From the NCBI GenBank assembly GCA_014859265.1, contig JACUUN010000005.1:1-57626 (forward strand): a stretch of DNA of 57,626 nt, in the 5' to 3' direction. Under the pieces are notes generated by a model. The model made no database searches, was not told the origin of the DNA, and worked only from the letters and a program-made list of their open reading frames with translations. The translations under genes were made by a program, and so were the position numbers. This document shows, piece by piece, positions 45,699 to 53,563 of this stretch (positions are counted from its first letter, which is position 1; each line of letters starts with the position of its first letter). This stretch comes from Coriobacteriia bacterium (lineage in GTDB: Bacteria > Actinomycetota > Coriobacteriia > Anaerosomatales > SLCP01).

Positions 45699-47785
45699 CG
45701 GGGCACCTCCCGGACGGCTTCATGCACACCATCGCGCCCGGTTGCCCGCGTGCCCGCGCCATCCCGTAGCATCTCGTGGCGGTCGAAGATGGTCAGGTCG
45801 CGGTGGAAGAAGCTCAACTCGTACTGCCCGGTATGGGTCAGCGCATTGGTGGGACACTGCGGGGCACACAGGCCGCAGAAGCAGCACTTCGAGAGGTCGA
45901 GTTCGTAGTGGGTCACCCGGCGCTCGCCAGGGTCGTCCACGCGCTCTACCTCGATCGCGTAGTCGGGACACGTACGCGCGCAGAACGTGCAGCCCACGCA
46001 CACTTCGGACTGGCACCGCAGACAGCGCATCGCCTCGTTCAAGGCCTCCAGGTGGGTGATACCGAGCTCTATGTGGCGGAAGTCGGTCGCGCGCTCCTCG
46101 GGTTTCGCCATCGGCATCGTGACCCGGCGGCGGTTCGCTTCCACGCCATCGATATGAGCCACCTGGTACTTGTCGTAGACGGGAACGGGACGGGCCACGC
46201 GGCCCTCGGCAAGATCCAGCCCCTCCAGATAGCGGTGAATCGAGGTTGCCGCTTCATGACCGGTGGCGATAGACGCAATGGCACTTCCGGGGCCGGTCAC
46301 AACCTCGCCAGAGGCGAAGACGCCCTCTTGAGCGGTGGTGAACAGAGTGCCATCGACCGGAAGCAGCCCACGCTCCGTGAGTGTCAGATCAGAGCCCGCC
46401 ACCACATCCGCGAGTACCGGACCCTGGCCGACCGAGAAGACCACCATGTCGACTGCCACCTCGGTGTACTCGTCACCAAACTGAGGCGCAAAACGGCCGG
46501 ATGCGTCGAATACCGAGATACACTCGCGCATGCGCATGCCCCGGACCTTGCCCTCGTCGTCGACAAGGACCTCCTCCGGACCGAGCGAGCACATTGCGAT
46601 GACGCCCTCGTCGAGCGCCTCCTCGATCTCCCACGGGTGACAGGGCATCTCTTCTTCCCCTTCGAGGCACGCCAGGCGGACCTCGGTAGCTCCGGTGCGA
46701 AGCGCACAGCGGGCAACGTCGACCGCGACGTTGCCGCCGCCGATCACCAGCACGCGCTTGCCCTGCACGCCCGGGTCGCCCTTCCAGTTCGCGTCGCGCA
46801 GGAACGGCAGCGCCCCGGTCACGCCCTCGGCGGTATGGCCAGGAACCGGGATGATTCGGCTCTCCTGCAGGCCGACGGCGATGAGCACAGCGTCATACTC
46901 GCCTAGAAGGTAGTCGATCGGAACGTCCTTGCCGACCTCAACGCCAAGCTTGAACTCCATGCCGAGAGTCACCAGGTTGTCGATCTCGTCGTGGAGCACC
47001 TCCCGGGGTAGTCGGTACGAGGGCACTCCGGAGTACAGGGCCCCACCCGGCTTCTTCTCCTTTTCGTACACCGAGACCGAGTAGCCGAGCTTCATCAGGT
47101 CGTATGCGGCGGCAAGTCCGGATGGTCCGGAGCCGATGATGGCAATCCGCCGGTTGCGCGTACGCTCCAGCGGCTCGAGCCGCTCGCTCGCCACCTTGAC
47201 GTACTCCTCGTACGCGTGACGGTGGAGCGGCCGGATAGCGATCGGCTCGTCGTAGTAGTTGCGACGGCATGCCGTCTCGCACGGATGGTGGCAGATACGA
47301 CCGAGGACGCCGGGAAGGATGTTTCGGTCCCTGACGAGCTCGTATGCCTCGGCGGGCTTGCCCTCGCCAAGGTAGTATCCCTGGCCGCGAGCGTCGACAT
47401 TTGCCGGGCAGTTGCCGACACACGGGGGCAGCCGGTCGGCACGGTAGAGCCCATCGATGAGAGCGTTGTACTCGGGCGGCGTATCTTCGATGATCGGGAT
47501 GTCGTCGAGACCGAGAATGCCGCGGAGCCGCAGGGCGCCGCGCCACCTCGGTGATAGCGCGACCTTCTCGTGCGGGTAGCGCAGAGTCGTTGCCGGACCG
47601 AGCGCCTTCCTGCCCGTGATGCCCAGGCCGGTCAGCAGCGATTGCCATCGTGCGAAGAAGCCGGCGACACCGCCAGGGAAGTCGTCGGTGACGTTCACCG
47701 TCACGGGGACGACATGAGGAGCCTGCGCGGGCGCACCGATTTCGTGGTTACGGGTATCGGTGTTGTTGTGTGAGTTCACAGCCAT
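45695..47785 (-). CDS. nuoI: NuoI carrying an inserted GltD/NfnL/DsrL-family FAD-FeS NAD(P)H oxidoreductase module (696 aa)
   Basis: NuoI N-part 'LLTGLGITG...TLRYPHEK..LSPRWRG'; insert 'PPCVGNCP', 'GRICHHPCETACRR', 'IIGSGPSGL', 'GGGNVAVD', 'EAMRCLRC'; NuoI C-part 'CVGCTFCARTCP...YELDLSKCCFCGLCAPQCPTNAL...YELS'; sits between nuoH and nuoJ. Confidence 0.9.
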   Translation of the reverse strand: MAVNSHNNTDTRNHEIGAPAQAPHVVPVTVNVTDDFPGGVAGFFARWQSLLTGLGITGRKALGPATTLRYPHEKVALSPRWRGALRLRGILGLDDIPIIEDTPPEYNALIDGLYRADRLPPCVGNCPANVDARGQGYYLGEGKPAEAYELVRDRNILPGVLGRICHHPCETACRRNYYDEPIAIRPLHRHAYEEYVKVASERLEPLERTRNRRIAIIGSGPSGLAAAYDLMKLGYSVSVYEKEKKPGGALYSGVPSYRLPREVLHDEIDNLVTLGMEFKLGVEVGKDVPIDYLLGEYDAVLIAVGLQESRIIPVPGHTAEGVTGALPFLRDANWKGDPGVQGKRVLVIGGGNVAVDVARCALRTGATEVRLACLEGEEEMPCHPWEIEEALDEGVIAMCSLGPEEVLVDDEGKVRGMRMRECISVFDASGRFAPQFGDEYTEVAVDMVVFSVGQGPVLADVVAGSDLTLTERGLLPVDGTLFTTAQEGVFASGEVVTGPGSAIASIATGHEAATSIHRYLEGLDLAEGRVARPVPVYDKYQVAHIDGVEANRRRVTMPMAKPEERATDFRHIELGITHLEALNEAMRCLRCQSEVCVGCTFCARTCPDYAIEVERVDDPGERRVTHYELDLSKCCFCGLCAPQCPTNALTHTGQYELSFFHRDLTIFDRHEMLRDGAGTRATGRDGVHEAVREVPR

Positions 47786-48726
47786 GGGATCACCGCCCCG
47801 ACGATCACAAGTTGCACGAGCGCCATCGGCGTCAGCACTTTCCACGCGGTGCCCATCAGCTGATCGGGGCGCATGCGCGGGTACGTCCACTTCACCCACA
47901 TCATCGCCGTGGCAATGAGGGTAGCCTTCGCTATCAACACGATAACCCCGAGCGCGCCGGGCAGGCCGAGGTAGCCCCCGAAGAAGAACGCAGCCCCGAA
48001 GAGCGACGCAGCGACCAGGCCACCATACTCAGCCATCATGAAGATCGCCCAGCGGATGCCCGAGTAGTCGGCGAAGTAGCCCGCTACCAGCTCCGACTCT
48101 GCCTCGGGGAGGTCGAACGGACCGCGGTTGACCTCAGCGACCGATGAGATGAAGTAGACGACGAACGCGATGAGAGTGAGCGGAATCCACCACCACCGCC
48201 ACTCGTCCATGATGTCGAGCGGGCGCATCGATCCCGCAAGCAGCACGAACGGCAGCACCGAGAGCGTGCGCGGCAGCTCGTAGGAGATCATCTGAGCCGC
48301 GGCCCTCAAGCCCCCGATGGTGGCGTACGTGTTGCGCGACGCCCAGCCGGCGAGCAGGACTCCGATGACGGAAATCGCCGGGACCGCCATGAAGAAGAGC
48401 ACGCCGACGCTCGTGTCCAGCGGTGCAAAGCCGGCGGCGTATGGAATGACCGCGAGTGACATCGCGATTGGCGCGAACACGATGAGCGGCGCGATCCGGA
48501 AGATGCGCACATCGGCCGCGCGCGGGGTGATGTCCTCTTTGAGCACGAGCTTCACGGTGTCGGCGAGCGTCTGCAGAAGCCCGAACGGGCCGAGCTCCTG
48601 GGGCCCGATACGCATCTGGATGCGCGCGGACACCTTCCGCTCGCCCCACACCCCGATCAGCGCGGCCACCGCTATGACAAGGCCGGCCGCCAGGCCGTAG
48701 AAGGCACCCCATGCCAGGCCGCTCAC
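47776..48726 (-). CDS. nuoH: Complex I subunit H
   Basis: 'ERKVSARIQMRIGP', 'GLLQTLADTVKL..KED', 'RAAAQMISYE', 'RGPFDLPEAESELVAG', 'PRMRPDQ'. Confidence 0.96.
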   Translation of the reverse strand: MSGLAWGAFYGLAAGLVIAVAALIGVWGERKVSARIQMRIGPQELGPFGLLQTLADTVKLVLKEDITPRAADVRIFRIAPLIVFAPIAMSLAVIPYAAGFAPLDTSVGVLFFMAVPAISVIGVLLAGWASRNTYATIGGLRAAAQMISYELPRTLSVLPFVLLAGSMRPLDIMDEWRWWWIPLTLIAFVVYFISSVAEVNRGPFDLPEAESELVAGYFADYSGIRWAIFMMAEYGGLVAASLFGAAFFFGGYLGLPGALGVIVLIAKATLIATAMMWVKWTYPRMRPDQLMGTAWKVLTPMALVQLVIVGAVIPWL

Positions 48727-49868
48727 CGATCCACCTCCCCGAACACCGGATCGAGGCTTCCCAGGATGACGACGAGGTCGGAAAGCATGTGGCCCTCGGC
48801 CAGCATCGGGAGGAGCGCGAGATTGCAGAACGCCGGCGAGCGCACCTTCATCCGGTAGGGGCGCACCGATCCGTCGGAGACGAGGTATACGCCGAGAGAC
48901 CCGCGCGCAGACTCGATGTGGTCGTAGGCGTCACCGGGACGCGGCGCAAGCAGCCTCGGCATGCCGGACGCGTTAATGGGTCCGGGCTCCATCTGTGCCA
49001 GGGCCTGCTCGATGATGCGACAGGACTCGTAGCACTCGAAGAGCCTGACGCGCGCACGGTCGTAGCAGTCGCCGTTGGTGCCGGTGGGCACGTCGAAATC
49101 GAAACGCGGATAGACCGAGTAGGTGTCGTGTTTGCGGAGGTCCCAGTTCACGCCGGAGCCGCGCGCGACAGGTCCCGAGGCGCCCCAGGCCACCGCGTCC
49201 TCGGCAGAGAGGACGCCAACGCCCTTCATGCGATCTCGGGCGATGACATTCCCGAAGTAGAGGGCGTCGATATCGTCGAGCGCGGTGCGATGGTCGCGGC
49301 AGAACGCGAGCACCGACTCCGCCCACCCCTCGGGGATGTCGAAGCTCACGCCACCGGGACGGACGTAGTTGTACGTGAGCCGGGCGCCGCACAACTCCTC
49401 GAATGCTTCGACGATCCTCTCGCGCTGGTCGAACGCGTAGATGAACATCGTGAATGCCCCGGTGTCGGCGGCGGCAGAACCGAGGGACATCATGTGACTC
49501 GCGATGCGTTGCATTTCGCATACGATCACCCGCAGGTACTCCGCACGCTCGGGTACCCGGATACCGGCAAGCCGCTCCACGGCACGGCAGTACGCCCAGT
49601 TGGCGTACATCGAGCCGACGTAGTCGAGCCGGTCGGTAAGCGGTACCACCTGCAGGTATGTGCGGTTCTCGGCCATCTTCTCGATTCCGCGGTGCAGGTA
49701 GCCGATGACCGGCTCGGCCTTGGTGACGACCTCGCCGTCGAGACGCACGATCACCCGGCAAACGCCGTGAGTCGAAGGGTGGGAAGGACCGATGTTGACG
49801 ACGAGCTCGTCAACGCTGGGCTCGACCTCGTTCACGAAGCACTCGTCCTGCCCTATCTCTGCGGCCAT
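48723..49868 (-). CDS. nuoD: Complex I subunit D
   Basis: 'NIGPSHPSTHGV', 'GYLHRGIEK', 'RLDY', 'ESARG', 'DPVFGEVDR'; no NiFe CxxC motifs. Confidence 0.96.
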   Translation of the reverse strand: MAAEIGQDECFVNEVEPSVDELVVNIGPSHPSTHGVCRVIVRLDGEVVTKAEPVIGYLHRGIEKMAENRTYLQVVPLTDRLDYVGSMYANWAYCRAVERLAGIRVPERAEYLRVIVCEMQRIASHMMSLGSAAADTGAFTMFIYAFDQRERIVEAFEELCGARLTYNYVRPGGVSFDIPEGWAESVLAFCRDHRTALDDIDALYFGNVIARDRMKGVGVLSAEDAVAWGASGPVARGSGVNWDLRKHDTYSVYPRFDFDVPTGTNGDCYDRARVRLFECYESCRIIEQALAQMEPGPINASGMPRLLAPRPGDAYDHIESARGSLGVYLVSDGSVRPYRMKVRSPAFCNLALLPMLAEGHMLSDLVVILGSLDPVFGEVDR

Positions 49869-49881
49869 GGTCCCACCCCCT

Positions 49882-50343
49882 TCAGATGTAGTCCGGACGG
49901 CGAATGACGGAATCGTCCCGGTAGTCCTTGCGCAGCGGGTAGCCCTCCCATTCCTCGGGAAGGAGGATTCTGCGCAGGTCAGGGTGGCCTTCGAACACGA
50001 TGCCGAACATGTCGTAGACCTCTCGCTCCTGCCAAAGCGCGGCGGGCCAGAGATCGACAAGCGAGCGAGCCAAGGGGTTGTCACGCTCGACGTTGCACTT
50101 GAGGAAGAGTGCTGCAGACATCGAACGCGAATGAAGCCTGTAGACCAGCTCGAAGTACGTGAGACGGTCGACAGCCGTCGCCATGCCGAGCCGGTCGAAG
50201 CCAAGCTCTTTCAGGTTGTCGGCCGCATCGAAGAGGCGATCGCAGTCGACAGAGAGAACCCCGTCGCCGAACTCTATCGAGAACAGCGGGCACAGATCAG
50301 GATATGTGGCACAGAGATGCTCGCGAAGTTCGGTGATGTTCAG
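49882..50343 (-). CDS. nuoC: Complex I subunit C (probable CTG start)
   Basis: 'WQEREVYDMFGIVFEGHPDLRRILLPEEWEGYPLRKDY'; frame open from CTG 50343, with no ATG/GTG/TTG until 50184. Confidence 0.88.
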   Translation of the reverse strand: MNITELREHLCATYPDLCPLFSIEFGDGVLSVDCDRLFDAADNLKELGFDRLGMATAVDRLTYFELVYRLHSRSMSAALFLKCNVERDNPLARSLVDLWPAALWQEREVYDMFGIVFEGHPDLRRILLPEEWEGYPLRKDYRDDSVIRRPDYI

Positions 50344-50942
50344 CGGGACTCACCCCCTGTGTCCGGGCCGCTTCCACCGAGGCGGGCACCGAGGGAGATA
50401 TCGCCGGGCATCGGCAGGGTGTATGAGCCCTCTCGACGGCGATCCGGAGCGATAGACTCGGTCGCGATCCGCTCGCGGAGTCGCAACACCGCATCCTGGA
50501 GGGACTCGGGACGCGGAGGACATCCTGCGAGGTAGACATCAACCGGAAGGAACTCATCGATGCCGCGGACGACGGAGTACGTGTCGTAGTAGAAGATGCC
50601 GCCCGAGATGGTGCAGTTGCCCATCGCTATGACCCACTTGGGGTCGGCCATCTGCTCGTAGAGGCGCTTGACTGCAGGCGCCATCTTCTTCGTGATCGTC
50701 CCGGCGACGATCATGACGTCGGTATGGCGCGGATCGGGACGGGGGAACGTGCCGTGACGGTCGAAATCGAACTTGTTGAACGAGGCGGCTATAAGTTCCA
50801 TAGCACAGCATGCTGTACCCATCGGCATCGCCCAGAGCGACTTGCCCCGTGCCCAGTCAACCAGCGAATCGACAGTGGACAGGATGATCCCTCCCCCTTG
50901 CCCCCCCTCGAGAGCCTCGCCGAGGCGATCGATCAGCGCCAC
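50340..50942 (-). CDS. nuoB: Complex I subunit B
   Basis: 'SLW...GTACCAMEL', 'VAGTITKKMAP', 'YEQMADPKWVIAMGNC', 'VDVYLAGCPPRPE'. Confidence 0.96.
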   Translation of the reverse strand: MALIDRLGEALEGGQGGGIILSTVDSLVDWARGKSLWAMPMGTACCAMELIAASFNKFDFDRHGTFPRPDPRHTDVMIVAGTITKKMAPAVKRLYEQMADPKWVIAMGNCTISGGIFYYDTYSVVRGIDEFLPVDVYLAGCPPRPESLQDAVLRLRERIATESIAPDRRREGSYTLPMPGDISLGARLGGSGPDTGGESR

Positions 50943-51298
50943 TGCAGGACCCCCTTGCGCCACGCGTAGAGAAGGCCAAGAGTAAGCAGACCGACGAAGA
51001 TGCCGACGGCGATGACGCCCCCGGGCGACCCCCGTAGGCCGCTTGCGACGGCGAAGAGCATCGCCGCCTCGGCATCGAAGATCACCAGCAGCAGGGCTAT
51101 GGCGGCGAAACGCAACCTGACCGGCGCCCAGGGCATCCCGGCCTGCGGCATGCCACATTCATAGGGTTCGACCTTCTCGGCCGTGGGGTTTCGCGGTGAG
51201 AGAACGGTGTTAGCGAGGAAGACGACAAGGATGAAGGCGACGGCGGCCGCTGCCAGCCCCACCACGAACAGAACGCTTTCCGCATACGCACCCTGCAT
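50933..51298 (-). CDS. nuoA: Complex I subunit A
   Basis: 'KVEPYECG', 'VIFDAE', 'YAWRKGVLQW'. Confidence 0.95.
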   Translation of the reverse strand: MQGAYAESVLFVVGLAAAAVAFILVVFLANTVLSPRNPTAEKVEPYECGMPQAGMPWAPVRLRFAAIALLLVIFDAEAAMLFAVASGLRGSPGGVIAVGIFVGLLTLGLLYAWRKGVLQWR

Positions 51299-51434
51299 GC
51301 GTTCCCCCTGGTTGACCCCTTGTGCCCGCAGCCTCGCCAGCCACGACACAGACGAGTCCCATAGTCCCTGCAAATCCACTGCACACGACGCCAAAGAGCG
51401 TCGGTCCCGGCGCGGTTGGGCTGATTCTCGCAGA

Positions 51435-51486
51435 ACATTCGGTGTTTGTAAACATTGTTACAAACATTGTTACAAACACCGAATGT
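51435..51486. repeat. 17-bp perfect inverted repeat enclosing a 12-bp tandem repeat, upstream of nuoA
   Basis: ACATTCGGTGTTTGTAA (51435-51451) / TTACAAACACCGAATGT (51470-51486); AAACATTGTTAC twice. Confidence 0.85.
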
Positions 51487-51511
51487 CGGAGGAAACACGC
51501 AGGTGACTACT

Positions 51512-53533
51512 CTACTCGCCCGCTTCTGCCTCCTCTATGGAATCAGCCAGCTCAATCCATTCGCGTTCCATTTCCGCAAGAACTGACTTCAGTTCTGCGT
51601 ATTCCTTCATGGCAGCCGAGAATGCGTCGGGATCCTCGTAGAAAGACGGGTCCGCCATGAGGGATACGATCTCGTCGTGCCGGTGCTGGCCGCTGGCGAT
51701 CCGACTCTCGAGCTCGGCCAGACGTCCCCTGTTCTCGCGGGTAGCACGGTAGGTGCGATTGCGTACCTCCGCCTCGGCACGCTTCTGTTCTTTCGTCTTG
51801 CGCGCGACACCCGGTGCACCCGGACCCTGCTCTTCCGACACCGCGCCATCCCGTGATCGCGCACGCGCGCTGATGACAGGCGCCGCAGGCCCGCTCTGCA
51901 CCTCGGCATCGAGTTTCGCTCGCTTGAATAGGTAGTAATCGTAGTCTCCGGGAAACACCGTCGACCGCCCGCCCCGCACCTCGACTATCTTGTTCGCCAC
52001 CGACCGAATCAGATGTCGGTCATGGGTGATGAGCACGATCGTGCCCTGGAACTGTGCGAGTGCAGCCTCCAGTACGTCGGATGACGCGATATCGAGATGG
52101 TTCGTCGGCTCGTCGAGACAGAGGAACGGCGCAGGCTCCACCAGCATCTTCGCGAGTGCCAGCCGGCAGCGCTCGCCGCCGGAAAGAACACGGACGTGCT
52201 TGTTGACGTCGTCCCCACTGAAGAGGAAGGCGCCGAGCAGCCGGCGGACCTCGGCCTGGGTCCAACCGGGCGCCACGGCATCGAGCTCGTCGAACACGCT
52301 CTTGGCTCCGTCGAGCGCCTCCAGCTGATGCTGGGCGAAGTAGGCGACATCGACGTGGACGCCGTAGCGCCGCTCTCCGGCATCAGGCTCGAGCACCCCG
52401 GCAAGCATCTTCAGCAGCGTCGACTTACCGGCACCGTTCGGTCCGACGAGGGCCACTTTGTCCCCTCGGTAGAGCGTGAGGTCGAGTTTGTCGTACACGA
52501 CGTTGTCCCCGTACGCCTTGTGGACGCCGGCGAGTGTGACGACCTCTTCACCGGTTCGGGGTGGCTGAGGGAACGCGAACCGCACGGTCTTGCGCTCCTC
52601 GGGCAGCTCCACCATCTCTGCCTTGACCTTCTCGATGCGCTTGACGCGATCCTGTGCCTGACGCGCCTTCGTGTTCTTGTAACGGAATCGGTCCACGAAC
52701 GCCTGCATGTGGGCGATCTCCTTGAGCTGCCGCTCGTGCGTGACGCGCTGCTGCTCGCGGACCAGCTCGCGCTGGGCGAGATAGCGCTCGTAGGTGCCGG
52801 CGTACGTGGCAACCCTGCGCTGATCGATCTCGGCGACGTGGTCGACCAGGCCCTCCATGAAAGCCCGGTCGTGGCTCACGAGGACGATGGCTCCCTCGTA
52901 GCCACGCAGGAACGACTCAAGCCACGTCACGGTTTCAAGGTCGAGGTGGTTCGTTGGCTCGTCGAGGAGCAGGACATCGGGCTTGGCCAGCAGCAGCTTG
53001 CCGAGCGCGAGTCGCATCAGCCAGCCGCCGCTGAACTGTTCGGTCGGGCGCTCCAGGTCCGCCTCCTTGAACCCGAGCCCCGTGAGCACCGCGCGCGCCT
53101 CCGCTTCGACCCCGTAACCGCCTGCATGCTCGAAACGGTCGCGCAGCCGCCCGTACTCGGCAAGCAGGCGATCGGCCGTGGCCGGGTCCTCATCCGACAA
53201 CGATACCTCGGCAATCTCGTGCTCGAGCAAACTCAACCGATGCTCGAGGGTGGTGACGTCGGCTGCCGCAGTGAGCGCCTCGGCGAGCACCGTTCGGCCG
53301 TGCATCTCGATGGCTTCCTGCTTGAGGTAGCCGACTACGGCATCCTTCGCGAGCGTGACCGAGCCCTCGTCCGCTGTCTGCTCCCCGGAAATGATTTCGA
53401 GCAGTGTCGTCTTGCCCGCACCGTTGGGGCCGAGCAGCGCGAAGCGGTCGCGTGCGCCGACACGCAGTGACGCCCCCTCGAAGAGTACTCGCTCGCCGAA
53501 GGTTTTCGTCACTGTATCCACGGAGATAATCAC
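51512..53533 (-). CDS. ABC-F family ATPase with C-terminal coiled coil
   Basis: Two NBDs ([28 protein letters not shown] twice), inter-domain linker, no TM segments. Confidence 0.95.
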   Translation of the reverse strand: MIISVDTVTKTFGERVLFEGASLRVGARDRFALLGPNGAGKTTLLEIISGEQTADEGSVTLAKDAVVGYLKQEAIEMHGRTVLAEALTAAADVTTLEHRLSLLEHEIAEVSLSDEDPATADRLLAEYGRLRDRFEHAGGYGVEAEARAVLTGLGFKEADLERPTEQFSGGWLMRLALGKLLLAKPDVLLLDEPTNHLDLETVTWLESFLRGYEGAIVLVSHDRAFMEGLVDHVAEIDQRRVATYAGTYERYLAQRELVREQQRVTHERQLKEIAHMQAFVDRFRYKNTKARQAQDRVKRIEKVKAEMVELPEERKTVRFAFPQPPRTGEEVVTLAGVHKAYGDNVVYDKLDLTLYRGDKVALVGPNGAGKSTLLKMLAGVLEPDAGERRYGVHVDVAYFAQHQLEALDGAKSVFDELDAVAPGWTQAEVRRLLGAFLFSGDDVNKHVRVLSGGERCRLALAKMLVEPAPFLCLDEPTNHLDIASSDVLEAALAQFQGTIVLITHDRHLIRSVANKIVEVRGGRSTVFPGDYDYYLFKRAKLDAEVQSGPAAPVISARARSRDGAVSEEQGPGAPGVARKTKEQKRAEAEVRNRTYRATRENRGRLAELESRIASGQHRHDEIVSLMADPSFYEDPDAFSAAMKEYAELKSVLAEMEREWIELADSIEEAEAGE

Positions 53534-53563
53534 CGTGACAGTCTACCAGGGAGGATTGGTCGT

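Noticed and set aside
45695-47785. Ordinary glutamate synthase small subunit or frameshift fusion of two genes
   Set aside because: No gltB nearby; NuoI sequence lies on both sides of the insert in one frame, which a simple read-through could not produce.
48723-50942. Group 4 [NiFe]-hydrogenase
   Set aside because: The large subunit lacks both CxxC Ni-binding motifs, and the small subunit has the complex I tandem CC.
51450-51477. CRISPR array or transposon end
   Set aside because: Only two adjacent 12-bp units with no spacers, and no cas or transposase genes in the window.
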